The notes below the pieces were generated by a model that made no database searches, had not been told where the DNA came from, and saw only the letters and a list, made by a program, of their open reading frames with translations. A program made the translations under genes and the position numbers. A stretch of DNA of 64,000 bases. It comes from Octopus vulgaris (lineage: Eukaryota). The DNA lies in NCBI GenBank assembly GCA_951406725.2, contig OX597827.1:48298001-48362000 (forward strand). The letters are read 5' to 3'. Below, in pieces: positions 11,748 to 25,039 of the stretch (its first letter is position 1; each line of letters begins with the position of its first letter).

Positions 11748-12472
11748 TGCACAGTCGTAGTAGATCGATATGGCTCTGGAATCCTGAAGTGGACAGAAAA
11801 GGAGCTAAAGGAGGTGAACATGCAGTCAAGAAAGCTGCTTATGATGCATGGAGCCCGTCATCCACGTACAGACGTTGATTGCCTATATATACAGAGAGCA
11901 AATTCGGGAAGGAGACTGATAAGTGTGGAAAACTGCGTGCGTATCTAACTCAAGAGCTTAATGAAATACGTACAGCAAAGGAAGGAGACCTTTCTAATGA
12001 CAGTTAAGAACGAGGGAGTATTGAAAACAGAGAAAAAACGAAAAACAAAGAGGGACAAGAAGACGAATTTCGCTAGAAGGGATTACACAATCAATTCCAT
12101 ATTGCCACAACAGAAGCTGCAGGAAAAAATAGGTTGGATTGACTGATGAAATGAACACACTAAAAAAAGAGACCGAGAGTATTATACTGGCAGCACAAGA
12201 CCAAGCTTTGGTCACGAAATGGAAGGTGATCCTGAGAAATGAGCATGGGTCTCTGCTGTGCCGCATTACACGAACGAATGTATGTCCTAGACTTGCCGAA
12301 AACCACTACATGTTGCGGTGATACGCTCAGGTAGCGAAAAGTGCTAGATTAGAAAGTGGGAACTAGAGAGGAGCAAGATGTGCAATATGTGCACAAACTG
12401 CAGAGAGTGGTGGAGGCGGAGACTAGCGTCTGATATGGAATTTCTCAATCCAAACAGATCAGACACTAGATC
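11748..12472 (+). pseudogene. R4/Dong-clade LINE fragment (RT thumb to restriction-like endonuclease region)
   Basis: Translates, with stops and frameshifts, to RYGSGILKWTEKELKEVNMQSRKLLMMHGARHPRTDVDCLYIQR..GRRLISVENC, LKKETESIILAAQDQAL, CPRLA and LIWNFSIQTD. Begins at a (TAA)n tract. Confidence 0.85.
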
Positions 12473-12481
12473 GGGTCCTCC

Positions 12482-12845
12482 TATGGCCATGCTGGAGCAC
12501 CGCCTTTAGTCGAAGAAATCGACCCCAGGACTTATTCTTTGTAAGCCTAGTACTTATTCTATCGCTCTCTTTTGCCGAACCGCTAAGTTACGGGGACGTA
12601 CACACCAGCATCGATTGTCAAGCGATGTTGGGGAACAAACAAAACATAATCATATACACACAAGCACACACACACAAAAACATATCTAAATACATCTATA
12701 CGACGGGTTTATCTCAGTTCCCGTCTACCAAATCCACTCAAAAGGCTTTGGTCGGCCCGAGGCTATAGTAGAACACACTTGCCCAAGGTGCCACGCAGTG
12801 GGACTAAACCCAGAACCATGTAGTTGGTAAGCAAGCTACTTCCAC
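12482..12845 (-). mobile_element. SINE family A
   Basis: Colinear with other family A copies. Confidence 0.85.
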
Positions 12846-12847
12846 TT

Positions 12848-13675
12848 TAGGCATAAGACCTGAAATCTGGTCGTGATGGCTAGATGTATTATAGCGGCCC
12901 CAGTGTGGAACTGCTACGTGTTTTATCGACCCCGAATAGGTCGAGTGACCAAATAGATATCGGTGGAATTTAAATTAAGAACGTGAATATCGTAGAAAAG
13001 TCACTAAGCGGTGTGTCTGGCATGATAACGGTCCTGTCAGTTCTCATCTCTTGAATAACATGAAAAATGGCATCAAATTTGCCGCAGGGCCAGCAGTTCT
13101 TGAAGGGTGGGTGGGTAAGTCGATTGTACCGATCCCAATGCCCAACTGATACTTAAATAATCGATTCTGAAAGGGTGGAAGGTAAAGTTAACCGAGGTAG
13201 AACTCGGGACCTAAAGATGGACGAAATACCGATAAGCATTTCGCCCGTCGTTCTTACGTTTCTTATTTCTTTATTGCCCACAAGGGGCTAAACATAGAGA
13301 GGACAAACAAGGACAGACAAACGAATTGAGTCAATTATATCGACCCCAGTGCGTAACTGGTACTTAATTTCTCGAGCCCGAAAGGATGAAAGGCAAAGTC
13401 GACCTCGGCGGAATTTGAACTAATAACGTTACGGAAGACGAAATACCTGTTTCTTTACTACCCACAAGGGGCTAAACACAGAGGGGACAAACAAGGACAG
13501 GCAAAGGGAATGAGTCGATTACATCGACCCCAGTGCGTAACTGGTACTTAATTTATCGAACCCGAAAGGATGAAAGGCAAAATCGACCTTGGCGAAATTT
13601 GAACTCAGAACGTAACGGAAGACGAAATACCGCTAATCATTTATCCCGGTGTGCTAACGTTTCTGCCAGCTCACC
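12848..13675 (-). mobile_element. Head-to-tail cluster of about four SINE family B units
   Basis: Repeated CCCAGTG..AACTGGTACTTAATTTATCGACCCCGAAAGGATGAAAGGCAAAGTCGACCTCGGCGGAATTTGAAC-like units. Confidence 0.85.
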
Positions 13676-13864
13676 AATTGTAGAGCAGAACTAATCAGAA
13701 ATATCTATGGACAGCACGTCTCATTCTCGGAATCCTAGCATAGTATGGATGATAACATCATCCTTATAACTGAGTTTTATAGAGATAACATTTTCTGAAA
13801 ATTTTAATCACAAATATATGTTTCTTTCTTCAGTACAGAAATGTTAAATTAGGTTTAATGCATG

Positions 13865-13932
<68 letters not shown>

Positions 13933-14809
13933 ATCATCTGAGGTATTATGAAATAGTGAGACGATTGTATTAGAATCCAAAAGTCAGTAATTCATGTCAT
14001 GAAAATGTATTCTTAGCAATGAAATTCTGGAATTAATATTACATACAGGAGAAAATAAAAACCAAGGGAGTTATTTTGATTCTCGAATATTATTAAAATA
14101 AACGATAATACAGTTACTGTTGTTATATGTAGATTAAAAATTATTTATATATTAGCCCTAGTAAAATATACTTAAACAAATTAACAGCGCATATATGATA
14201 AACTTTGCTGAACAAAATATATAAACTGATATATAAGTGATAGAACAAGAACATAGAATCCTTCGGTCAAACATATGATTATAAAAGTTAACATTGTGCA
14301 GCGTATATGAAAGTAATTGTATTATATAATAATAAAGTTTATATTTATGTGCAGAATGCCCGACAGGTTTTCCTGAGTTGACGTAGCAGCTGTCAGATAT
14401 CACAAATTATCTCCCTTATAAAATAGCAGCTTACGGCGATCACCAATGCGGTGTCGGTGATGAGAAATCAATGCGTTCGCAAGGTGTAAGTTTATATTAG
14501 GTTCCTACTAATGAAATTACAAATACGGATAAAGAACTATAAACGGTTGCCTGGAAAATGCACAATTAAATGTACAAATAGTTTTTATACAAAATTAAAA
14601 CAGCAAAAAGCATATTCCAGTGCATGATTTTTCTTGTCCTGAACATCTCTACGTATAACAGGGAATCTCAACAATCTTCGAGGAGAGGTGGGAATTAAAA
14701 TAATTATGAACATCCAACTTTGGGAGTACATTCTTATGGAGAATGAAAAGAGGAAAAGAAAGGCTGTCGAATTAATGAAGTTGAGACACCAATGATAATA
14801 ATAACCTTA

Positions 14810-14960
14810 TTTTACTATAGGTACAAGCCGTGAAATTTTAGGGGAGGAGGCTACACAATTACATCGAAACGAGTATGTATCTGGTACTCTGAGAGTAGCG
14901 ACGGACGGAATACCGCTAAGCATATCGTCTAGCATGCAAACGATTCTGCCAGCCAGCAGC
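14810..14960 (-). mobile_element. SINE family B, internally deleted
   Basis: Tail and head segments present; core missing. Confidence 0.6.
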
Positions 14961-15034
14961 CTTCCCAATGATAATAATAATGATAACAAAAAGAAGTAGT
15001 CTTATCTATGCTGCAATTTCTATTCTTCTAAGGG

Positions 15035-15066
<32 letters not shown>

Positions 15067-15127
15067 AAATGTATATATATATATATATATATATCTGTAA
15101 AATAATGTGACAATTATTCGGTAGCCA

Positions 15128-15190
15128 AGATAAAACTCTGAGTTTCGGATGCCGAGGTGAAAATCCACAACACCATCTCTTCGGTTATCT
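15128..15190 (-). ncRNA. Variant type I HHR motif in a ~100 bp TA-flanked element (15095-15194)
   Basis: AGAUAA-CCGAAGA-GAUG...CAUCC-GAAA-CUCAGA-GUU^UUAUCU. The flank AATGTGACAATTATTCGGT is shared with the element at 50956-51116. Confidence 0.55.
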
Positions 15191-15313
15191 GGCCATATAT
15201 ATAAATGCGTTGTGTGCAAGTATGTAAGCATGAATTAACCTATGTATACACATATATATATATATACATTAGGTGTTTCGAATATTTTTTTGGCCTCCCA
15301 CTCCACCTTCTCA

Positions 15314-15347
<34 letters not shown>

Positions 15348-15485
15348 CTTTTTCTCGCTGGCTTTCTTCTGAATTTACATTAAATGTTAGACGGGAAAAA
15401 TCGTATATTTTTCATATGGTCACGAAAGAACAAATAGTTGGACTGCAATAATACCTGTAGTGAATATCATTAGTATTAATGTATT

Positions 15486-15907
15486 GGATCTTTTCGGTTT
15501 GAACAGCAGTTTTAACATAATTTCTAGGTAACTTCGTATACTGGTAGGATGTGTTTATAAAACATATTTATCTCTTGGCTGTATTGAGAAAAGTCTATAG
15601 TTTGTAAGATATTTGTTGTTATTTTTCTTCAATTTCTGCAATTTCAACCAATCAGTGACGTCTATTGAGTTAAAAAGCATTCTGTGCCGTATGAATATCT
15701 CCCTCGTTTAAGAAACAGATTAGGTTTATTTACATTTCTGAAGAAAAAAAGATACCCTTCCCTCACCCCTAACCTTAACCCTAACCCTAACTAACCCTAA
15801 CCCTAAAAGAGATTGAAATGCAATAGATCGATTCTAGGGTCATAATTATGGGTGACAATTTCATATGACACCGATAGATAAAACTGCCTTTCAAACCGAA
15901 AAGATCC
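15486..15907. mobile_element. Non-autonomous DNA transposon (MITE) with GG..CC termini, 8-bp TSD and an internal (CCCTAA)n tract
   Basis: TIRs GGATCTTTTCGGTTTGAACAGCAGTTT / AAACTGCCTTTCAAACCGAAAAGATCC. Flanks AATGTATT / AATGTACT. Telomere-like repeats at 15767-15806. Confidence 0.85.
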
Positions 15908-16261
15908 AATGTACTAATATTTGTGATTTATTGAAGATTGATCATTTGGATTCATTTACCGAATAGATACTTGCCTCAACTACGAGAGACTTATTTTGTT
16001 ACAGGCCGTATTGGTAGAGTACTGAGAAAGAAATGGTATTCCTCTTGCTTATTAGTACGATAGACACACACGCATACACATGCTCGCACACTCTCTACCA
16101 CCATCATCGCTCCCACTACCACCACGAACACATTTAAACGTCAGTAGTACAACATTGTTGGTTTACAGCTCTGACAGTAGAGTGGGTGTATTAATAAGTG
16201 AATTAGATTTGTAAGTGCTTAGGTCTAATGTTCGCTGATATAGTATCATATTATTTATTAA

Positions 16262-16480
16262 AGATGGCAAAAGGTCGCGAGATGTTAGAATCTTTAGCAT
16301 AGCAGACAAACGCTTAACGATATTTCTTCGTATTTTATGTTCTTAGTTCAAATTCCGCCAAGGTGGACTTTGCCTTCCATCCTTTTGGGTTCGATTAATT
16401 AAGAACCAATGAATCACTGGGGTTGGTATCATCGTCTATTCCCTTCCCACAAAATTTCAGATCTTATACCTTTAGTAGAA
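16262..16480 (+). mobile_element. SINE family B, diverged
   Basis: AGTTCAAATTCCGCCAAGGTGGACTTTGCCTTCCATCCTTTTGGG core plus tail. Confidence 0.7.
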
Positions 16481-17256
16481 ATTATTTTTTTTATTGTTAT
16501 TATTGGCTGGCAGAATCGTTACCACACCGACATGAATGTTTACTGTTAATTTTTTTTTTTGCTTCAAATGCCACGGCGTGAGATCGAAATATGGACGACA
16601 TGCTTACAACGTGAACTTCGTAACCACCCATCAATGTCTGAATCCCTGGGGAAAAAAGCATGAAGAAATCTCGTTCGTAATTAAGTAAGGACCATGAAAC
16701 ATTTAAGGGAATCTATATATATGCATGCGTTACCCCTGAAATAGAAACCAAACCAGATAACGTAATTCAATCAGGAAAAAGAGACAGATGCGATAAACTT
16801 CTACGACTTTTATGTTTCATATTTACAAGTTTGGATAACCGAAGGTGAAATTCTGTGTATCATAGACTTACTCTGTTAGGCCATGTTTGAAACCAAAAAT
16901 TAACAACAAATGTTGATTATTTTAGCTCTGGGTCAGTTTTGGAGAAACTCTACTCAACCGTCATTGCAGCCAGTAACCAAACATGAAAAGTCGTCGGCTT
17001 TGAAAATTTGTGATAAGAAAGAAAGAGGTTAGATTATTTACTCATTGATCGATTAATTTTGAATCCCAGCTAAAAGAATACCGATTGAAATGCCTTTGAT
17101 CATTTGTCTCCTGAAGCAAGGTAGTCATAAGTGCAAACAAAAATAACAACTCCCATAAGCTGGTGTATGTATATATTCACATATGATTATAATGCCGCGT
17201 ATTTTCACGCAAAAACAAAAAAACTTATATATATATATATATATATATAGCATGTG

Positions 17257-17293
<37 letters not shown>

Positions 17294-17530
17294 AATATAT
17301 ATATATATATATTTAGATATATATATATATTCTTGAAGATTTATAATGGCACCATATGGTCCTACCTACAGCACATCTGATACAGAGAAGAAAACTAAAT
17401 AAATTAACAAAGTATCTAAGGCTGGAATGTCTTTGATGTTTGGTCGCTACATTGTGATCTCGACGTTAACTAAAACGACCATTGGCTCACTGAAAAGTAC
17501 AAGGACAGAACTCCGCATTCACACACTCAT

Positions 17531-17564
<34 letters not shown>

Positions 17565-18014
17565 CCACACACACACACAAAGGCACACACATGCCAACAT
17601 ACACACATGTAATCACTCACGTACAAACAGCCATTATCACCTCAGGACGATGAATACACATTAGCAACGATCAGACTGGCTAATAGTGAGAGAAAGCGCC
17701 ATAATTATGCTGAGTAACACACAGAGGAACGCTGCATTATTTTCGTACAGAAACGCACTTTCTGTCCTTTGCTCGCCTTAAAATACTTTAGTTTTCTTTT
17801 CTTTGTTGGTTTCTGTCATCTTCCGCAATTCCTTTTCATTAAGTATCATTTTATTTATCTTTTGATTTATTTATTTATGCGATATTTTTTGTACTTTTTT
17901 TTTCTTTCCTTCCTACACAGAAACATAGGTACACGTATTTATAATGACACATTCACATTGTTGGCGAAAACACAAGCGCGCGTCGCGGCCGCCAACGCAG
18001 AGGCGTATGTACGA

Positions 18015-18046
<32 letters not shown>

Positions 18047-18049
18047 TTA

Positions 18050-18092
<43 letters not shown>

Positions 18093-18410
18093 ATGTGTGT
18101 GTGTATGTGTGTGTGTGCCTGCGTGTCCATGTGTGTATACGCGCGTGTATTTTGTGTATGTATATATCTATGGATGAAGGCTGATTGAAATGCACATGAA
18201 CGATCTCACATCGAAAATTGTACACAGTAAGGTACGAAGGCACACACATGCACAAACGTATATTCTGAAATTTGCCATAGACAGGTACACACGTTGAAGA
18301 ATGGAGTCAAGAAAAGTAAATTTTACGAGAAATAATTGCCACGTGAGCGCAATTGTTATCTGATGTTCTCGGGTGAAATCTTCTGATGTTTAATAAAGGT
18401 GAAGAAATAA

Positions 18411-18478
<68 letters not shown>

Positions 18479-18543
18479 CACCACCACCACTACCACCACC
18501 ACCACTACTACTACTGCTACAAAAATAAGTAAAACTATTACAG

Positions 18544-18574
<31 letters not shown>

Positions 18575-19250
18575 TAATAATAATAATGATAATAATCATA
18601 CTGCTGTCGTTGCTGCTGCGCCTACCACTACGACTACAACTAGTACAAGAAAAATAGAACTAGTACTAATACTACTACTGCTGCTGTTACTGCTGCCACT
18701 ACTTGTATTACTACTTCTACGACTTGAACTACTAGAGCTAGGTTGGTCCTGATGCTTCTGTTGGTGACTTGGCTAGAAATAACAACAACGTTTCCCTGAA
18801 AGAATACAGTATGGTCTTAAGAAGGGGAGTCATTGGAAAAGGCCCATCGCTTAATAAGTGGTGGGTAGAGCATCATCCATGTTTCTAATCACGGAATCTG
18901 AATTTCAGACCCTAAATCTAGCCGAGCCTGCATCTGGTCCGTGCCTTCTTTTAACGAATTCTTGAAAAGAAAAGAAAAGTCTATTTACATGTATGTGTGA
19001 AAACCCATTGATTCCTCATCTGAAGAAATGATTGCTTTTGATTGCAGGCCTAGTTGTCGGCAATGTTGTACGGAAGGGGTCAGCTGATAACATCGATTCT
19101 AATTCTTCATGAAAATTTGTTTGCAATGAGGGAAAGATAAGCTGACCTCAGTGGTATTTGTACAGAAATTGTAAAGAGTCGGAAGATATACCGCAAGGCA
19201 TTCTGTATGACATTCTTATAAGTTTGCTAATTTTCTGCCTTCAACAACAG

Positions 19251-19572
<322 letters not shown>

Positions 19573-19635
19573 AATAATAATAATAATAATAATATTACTA
19601 CTACCAATATTACTACTACTGCTACTATTACTACT

Positions 19636-19670
<35 letters not shown>

Positions 19671-19679
19671 AGTTACTAC

Positions 19680-20037
19680 TAAGCCGATTACATCGATCCC
19701 AGTACTCAAATGATACTAGGTTTTACCAACCCCGAAGGATTGAAAAGCAAAGCTGACCTCGGTGAAATTTGAACTCAGAATATAGAGGCGAACGAAAAGC
19801 CGCAAAGCATTCATTTCCTGCGTACTACTGATTCTGCAAGCTCGCCACCTTGACAATCCATTTCGTAATATTGCTTTCAAATCTTGGCACAAGGCCAGTG
19901 TTCAAAATATACTTATTTTATTGACCCCAAAGGGATGAAAGGCAAAATGGACCTTGGCGGAATTTGAACTCAGAACGTAAAGAAATGCCGCTAAGCATTT
20001 TACCCGGTGTGCTAGCGATTCTACCAGCTCACCGCTT
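19680..20037 (-). mobile_element. Two diverged SINE family B copies
   Basis: GATGAAAGGCAAA...GGCGGAATTTGAACTCAGAAC-like cores. Confidence 0.7.
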
Positions 20038-20937
20038 TACACATTTCGTAATATTGCAAGGAAATTTTGCTCAGTGCTCCAACGAAGTAGCCATCCATCA
20101 CTTTCTTGTTAATGATAATATTAATTTTTTAAGAGGGACGCATGAACTTTGAATTGTATAATTGGGAATAATTGATTACATCTCAGTTGGGTATTTCACT
20201 ACAGCACTACCGAACAAGGATATTTTTCCTGGGAAGCGTGCCAGAAGAAAGGGACTGTATCCATTGTCTTAGCAGATTCATGGACACGGGTGAGATCAAA
20301 GAGGTTAAGTGTCCTCTTTGAAATGTTGCAAGTTGACCGGCAAGGTGAAGTTGTGTGGAAGGAAAACTTCTTGGATCAAAGACCAAATTATTCTTAAAGT
20401 GATTTGAACAGAGAACATGAAAAGATCTGAAACAAATTACCGCATGGGTTGTGTTCTTCCTGCTGGATTCATACAATCACTGACTTCTTGCATAATCATA
20501 GTTTTAGAAAACTAGCAAAGGCTATGATCAATGCCTCTTCATCGAAATGAAACTAATAAAAGGAAAAGGATGCAAATCATATTTAACATGTGCACAAAGC
20601 TACAATATTTGTGTTTGTGGTTTGAAGGGACAGATTAATAATTCTTTTATTACAAAAAGCGCAAAAGAAAAACCAAATGAAGTAAAATTGGGACCGCGAA
20701 AAATCGCTGATGTCAAAATTCAATCTTTTAAATAATTTATAAGGTTATGTTTAATTTTCGGTGCATTTCAGAATTTAATCCATCATTAAGGGTGGAGTTT
20801 TCAAAGAAATACGAGATTTAATATAAAACAAAATACATACTACAATTCTATGTATTATGTGAATAGATATTGACACTCATACAGACGCGCACACGTATAT
20901 ACACACACGTGCGCACGGACGCATACACACACATGTA

Positions 20938-20987
<50 letters not shown>

Positions 20988-21280
20988 TGAATAATAATAT
21001 CAGGGAATATTATTCCAAACTTACAGGGAAAATTCAATTTAGGAATAGTAAATCAAATTTCACAAAATATAATATATGTATATATATATATACATTAGAA
21101 AAAACATCTTTTATCAATTTAATAATGAAAAATTAAATTATGCCATTTAGAAAAATTACTTAAGTTTTAAAATATATTCCTTTCTAGATGGTATAGGAAT
21201 ATCCTTCAAAGATGAATTTCAAAAAAGTGGTTCTATTTTACCTGTAAGTTCCATATAAATAAATATATATATATATAAAT

Positions 21281-21470
21281 GCAATAATAATAAAGGGTAA
21301 AAATAATTAATCAACTAATAATTAATAATTTTACCAAACAGTTCGGTATGTTAAAAGATCCATTATCGGTAAACTTATACAAAATTTCTATAATTATAAG
21401 CATAATTGTAATTAGGCTTCAGCAAAAATTGCTTCACCACGTATCGAAATTTAAAAACAGCAGTTAAATA
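21281..21470 (-). mobile_element. Diverged copy of the 3' end of the 360-1140 element, abutting (TA)n
   Basis: AATAATAAAGGGTAAAAATAATTAAT...TTGCTTCACCAC...AAACAGCAGTTAAA is similar to the reverse complement of ~970-1138. Confidence 0.6.
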
Positions 21471-22099
21471 CTAAATATAAATGCATGTATATGTTAAATA
21501 TAATCTACCATGAACGACAACGAGCAATTTTAATAAGTCATATCTTGCACTTCTTAAAGTAATACCAAATTATACAAAGTAAAACAAATCCATCATGGTT
21601 GTCTGCACAGGCTAGCATTACATGTCTTATGTTGTGGTTTTCTTACCAGAAAAATGAGAAATTCTATTTCCTAATTAATTTCTAATTAATTTTATTAACT
21701 CGGAAGAGTTTCTTTTAAAAAACATGGAATGACACTAGTAACGCAGAAAATTTTCCGACAAATTTATATGCTAAAAACACAAAAGATCGCTCACGACGCT
21801 GTTGGATCGCTAGATGTGCTGTTGTGACATAACTTGAGGTTTTCAGTAACGCATATCCCATGCGTTCTGAACGAAGGCGAAATTATTTGTTCTCATATAG
21901 AGATCAATGATTTCTACGAAATCTAAGCCCTCTAAATTAAGATTAATATACACACCACTAACAGTTTAATTCTAAAACAGTGTAGTATTGTTTGTAATAT
22001 TTTGGCCCAAATTGCTCATTCGTGGCCTAGTAGGTAAGTTTGTTTAGAAGTGACGGTTTCAAATCTCTGACGCGAATTACCAGAGAGCTTATTAAATAC

Positions 22100-22235
22100 T
22101 TTTTCCGCCGAGCTCCACTTTGCTTTTCATCCTTTCGGGGTCGGTAAATTAAGTACCAGTTGCGTACTGGGGTCGATCTAATTGACTGGCCCCCCCTCCG
22201 CCAAAATTTCGGACCTTGTGACTAGAGTATAAAAA
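22100..22235 (+). mobile_element. SINE family B 3' half
   Basis: CATCCTTTCGGGGTCGGTAAATTAAGTACCAG core plus tail. Confidence 0.75.
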
Positions 22236-22934
22236 CTATTTTGGCCCAAAGAAACATCTCCAAGAGACTTGAGTGCCGTTCTAGTTTTATATACACACAG
22301 TAGATTGGATGCAAGCCAATATTTTATATGTATTTAACGGGATATATTCAAGTACAGCTGTATGGTAGTATACTGTTCCTATAAATAATTTTATATTTAT
22401 TTTTTGGTTTCACATTAGCATCATTATATGTATTTTTTATTACATCGTCATAGTGATGGCCATCGTGTGATGTTCATGAAAATTACCATTACTCTCTCGT
22501 CATTACTATTATCATCATCATCATAGTTAAATATCATTATACGGTTGTATACATCAGTGTTGTTGGTGTCTTGTCAAATGTGAATGTTAATTAAGTTAGA
22601 AATTATTCAAAAACGTCCATTTTAATTGGCTCTGAGAAAATATAGAGTAACATGGGATTTTATCGTAGTTGATCAAATAAAATTTATGTAATACATTTTG
22701 TTTCTGAAATTATTCAAAAACAAAACAAGACGAACTTTTTTTTATTAAATATATAGAGAACATAATAATAAAACTACATATATGAAATCTTATGTTCATC
22801 AGATGATTTCCAACTAAATTTTAGCAAGAAGAAACTTTTTCATGCACAATAACTCGAATGTACAACGTATGTCCTAAAATGTATTGTTTCTAAGTATAAG
22901 AGTGGCTTTCATATTTTATCTTTTATATATTAAT

Positions 22935-23395
22935 TGTTTAATCGTTAAACTATGGCCATGCTGGAGCACTACCTTGCGGAATTGTTGTCGAACTAATTAT
23001 CTATCCCAGTATATATTGCTTTTTGTCTTTTTAAGCCTGTGACTTAGTCTATCCCACCCTTTTTTACCGAACCGCAAAGTTACGGGGATGTAAGCACACC
23101 AACACCAATCATCAAGCTGTGGTAGGGGGCAAGCACAGCCACAAAGACACGCACGCACACACAGACACGCACCCACACGCGCACGCATGTACACACATAT
23201 ATGAATGTGTGTATATATATATATAAACACACAAAATTGACATACTTATCCCAGTTTCTGTCTACCAAATCCACTCTTGGATCGACCTGATGCAATAATA
23301 GCGGAACACATTTGACCAAGGTGCCACCCAGTAGGATGGAACTTGGGGCTATATGGTTGCAAAGCACACTTCTCATCACACAGCCATGCCTGCAC
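22935..23395 (-). mobile_element. SINE family A, diverged
   Basis: GGCCATGCTGGAGCAC...CAAGGTGCCAC...CACACAGCCATGCC. Confidence 0.75.
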
Positions 23396-23419
23396 CTATA
23401 CAGACAGACAAACAGATAA

Positions 23420-23516
<97 letters not shown>

Positions 23517-23608
23517 CAAATAGATAGAGATATAGATATATTCTGTATTTGTGAATCAAAGCTACCATTTGTTTCATGTTAACAAGTGTCTTAACAATTT
23601 TTCAAGCT

Positions 23609-23691
23609 AATCACATGGACAAATTTGTTCGCATCCTATTTGGGAAACACTCTCGTTTATTTCGTGCAGATACTCGTGGATTCATATGATT
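23609..23691 (-). ncRNA. Decayed HHR motif downstream of a PLE ORF remnant
   Basis: Helix I AAUCAUAUG/CAUGUGAUU, helix II GUAUC/GAUGC, and GAAC-AAAUUU-GUC with palindrome ACAAAUUUGU. Core degenerate (AAUCCACGA). Confidence 0.4.
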
Positions 23692-23934
23692 AAAACAATG
23701 AAGCAATGAATCAAGGGATGTTACTCAAGGGTGGCATATCTTAGATGTTTGTCTTACGTGGATTTGTCTTTTGGGCAAGTTGTTGTTTGGTCAATTTGTT
23801 TGCATTGTTTTGTCCTTGTTCTAGGCTTGGAGTTCGTATACTTGTGTGCTGGGCTAGTTCGTTTTGGGAGCATATTTCTTCTGTGTGTGGTGTTTGTGTG
23901 ATACGTGTGTTCAGATCTCACACTTAGGAAGGGG

Positions 23935-24204
23935 CTATCCTGGTGTGATTACCGTCGCTGATAGTGGTTCTTCTATGAAATATTTGAGTGTAGCATATTG
24001 CTTGTGTATGCAGGGAGAGGTTTCATCGCTAATGTTTAGGATGTTATCTGTTGATTCTATAGAGTTTACTTTTCCAGTAATACAGAATTCCCTTTTGGTA
24101 CCCCACCGTCTGCATTTTTGGGGGATTCTACTTTCTTTCAATATCCATATCATATCTGACAGGGATGTTGCATATTTATTTTTCTCTGAAAACATCCTAA
24201 ACAT
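23935..24204 (-). pseudogene. Penelope-like element GIY-YIG endonuclease C-terminal remnant
   Basis: KNKYATSLSDMIWILKE ... ILNISDETSPCIHKQYATL resembles the T-LS-HIW-LK ... LN-R-E---C-HK pattern that ends PLE ORFs (recalled pattern, no search run). Confidence 0.65.
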
Positions 24205-24459
24205 TGACCTCTTTGAAAATCAAATCCGATAGACCTGTCATTTTAATGAGTTTTAGTTACCTCTTTCTGATATCTGAAAAGAAACAGCCATTTTAGCAAA
24301 ACATATTAAGCAACACTAATAATAAATTTAAAAAAAACAACATAAAAATAAACACACTTTCGGCGGTTTTATAGATATCTTTATATTATGATGCTATGAT
24401 ACTAGATGTTTCCATTATTTTGTCCAGCCCCTGTATATATTTATATATATATATTTCAA

Positions 24460-25039
24460 AATATGCATTTCATGTTCGTCAGTGCAACAAACTCAAGAAA
24501 TATAAGAGAAAACATAACATTACAAGCTCGATAGCCAACCGTAGAATTCGTCGTAGCATGTACGAATGTTTATCTTTACATATCTATGAAAATGGCGGGC
24601 TTATTCGCAATGCATTTCGGTAACAAATTGTCTAGGCGGAATAAAAATTCAGCATTGAACTATTCCGGTGAAAAATATAAATTCTACGGTTGGCTATCGA
24701 GCTTGTAATGTTATGTTTTCTCATATATTTCTTGAGTTTGTTGCACTGACGAACATGAAATGCATATTCTGCATTAAATGCGAAATCACATGTGATATGT
24801 AACTGAATTCTTTTTTAAAATGATGTGTTTTGAAGTTTTGCATTCGGTAAAATTTTGTTTATTTTTAGTAGTTTTGACCGCATTGGTCCCTCTTAGCGTG
24901 TTGGTATCTACGAATAGTAGTACCCTCAATATAATATAAATGAATATTTTCAAAGAGGAAGATTTTACGAATTTTTTCTCTTACGAGGTTTTTCACGCTG
25001 ACTACTGGTAATTTCTTTTAAAGATTTTATCCTCAATTG

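Noticed and set aside
15767-15806. Telomere or chromosome-fusion relic
   Set aside because: The tract is short and lies inside a TIR/TSD-bounded MITE.
20200-20820. Possible Tc1/mariner remnant (RFMDTGEIK)
   Set aside because: Only one weak motif; no TIRs or catalytic motifs found.
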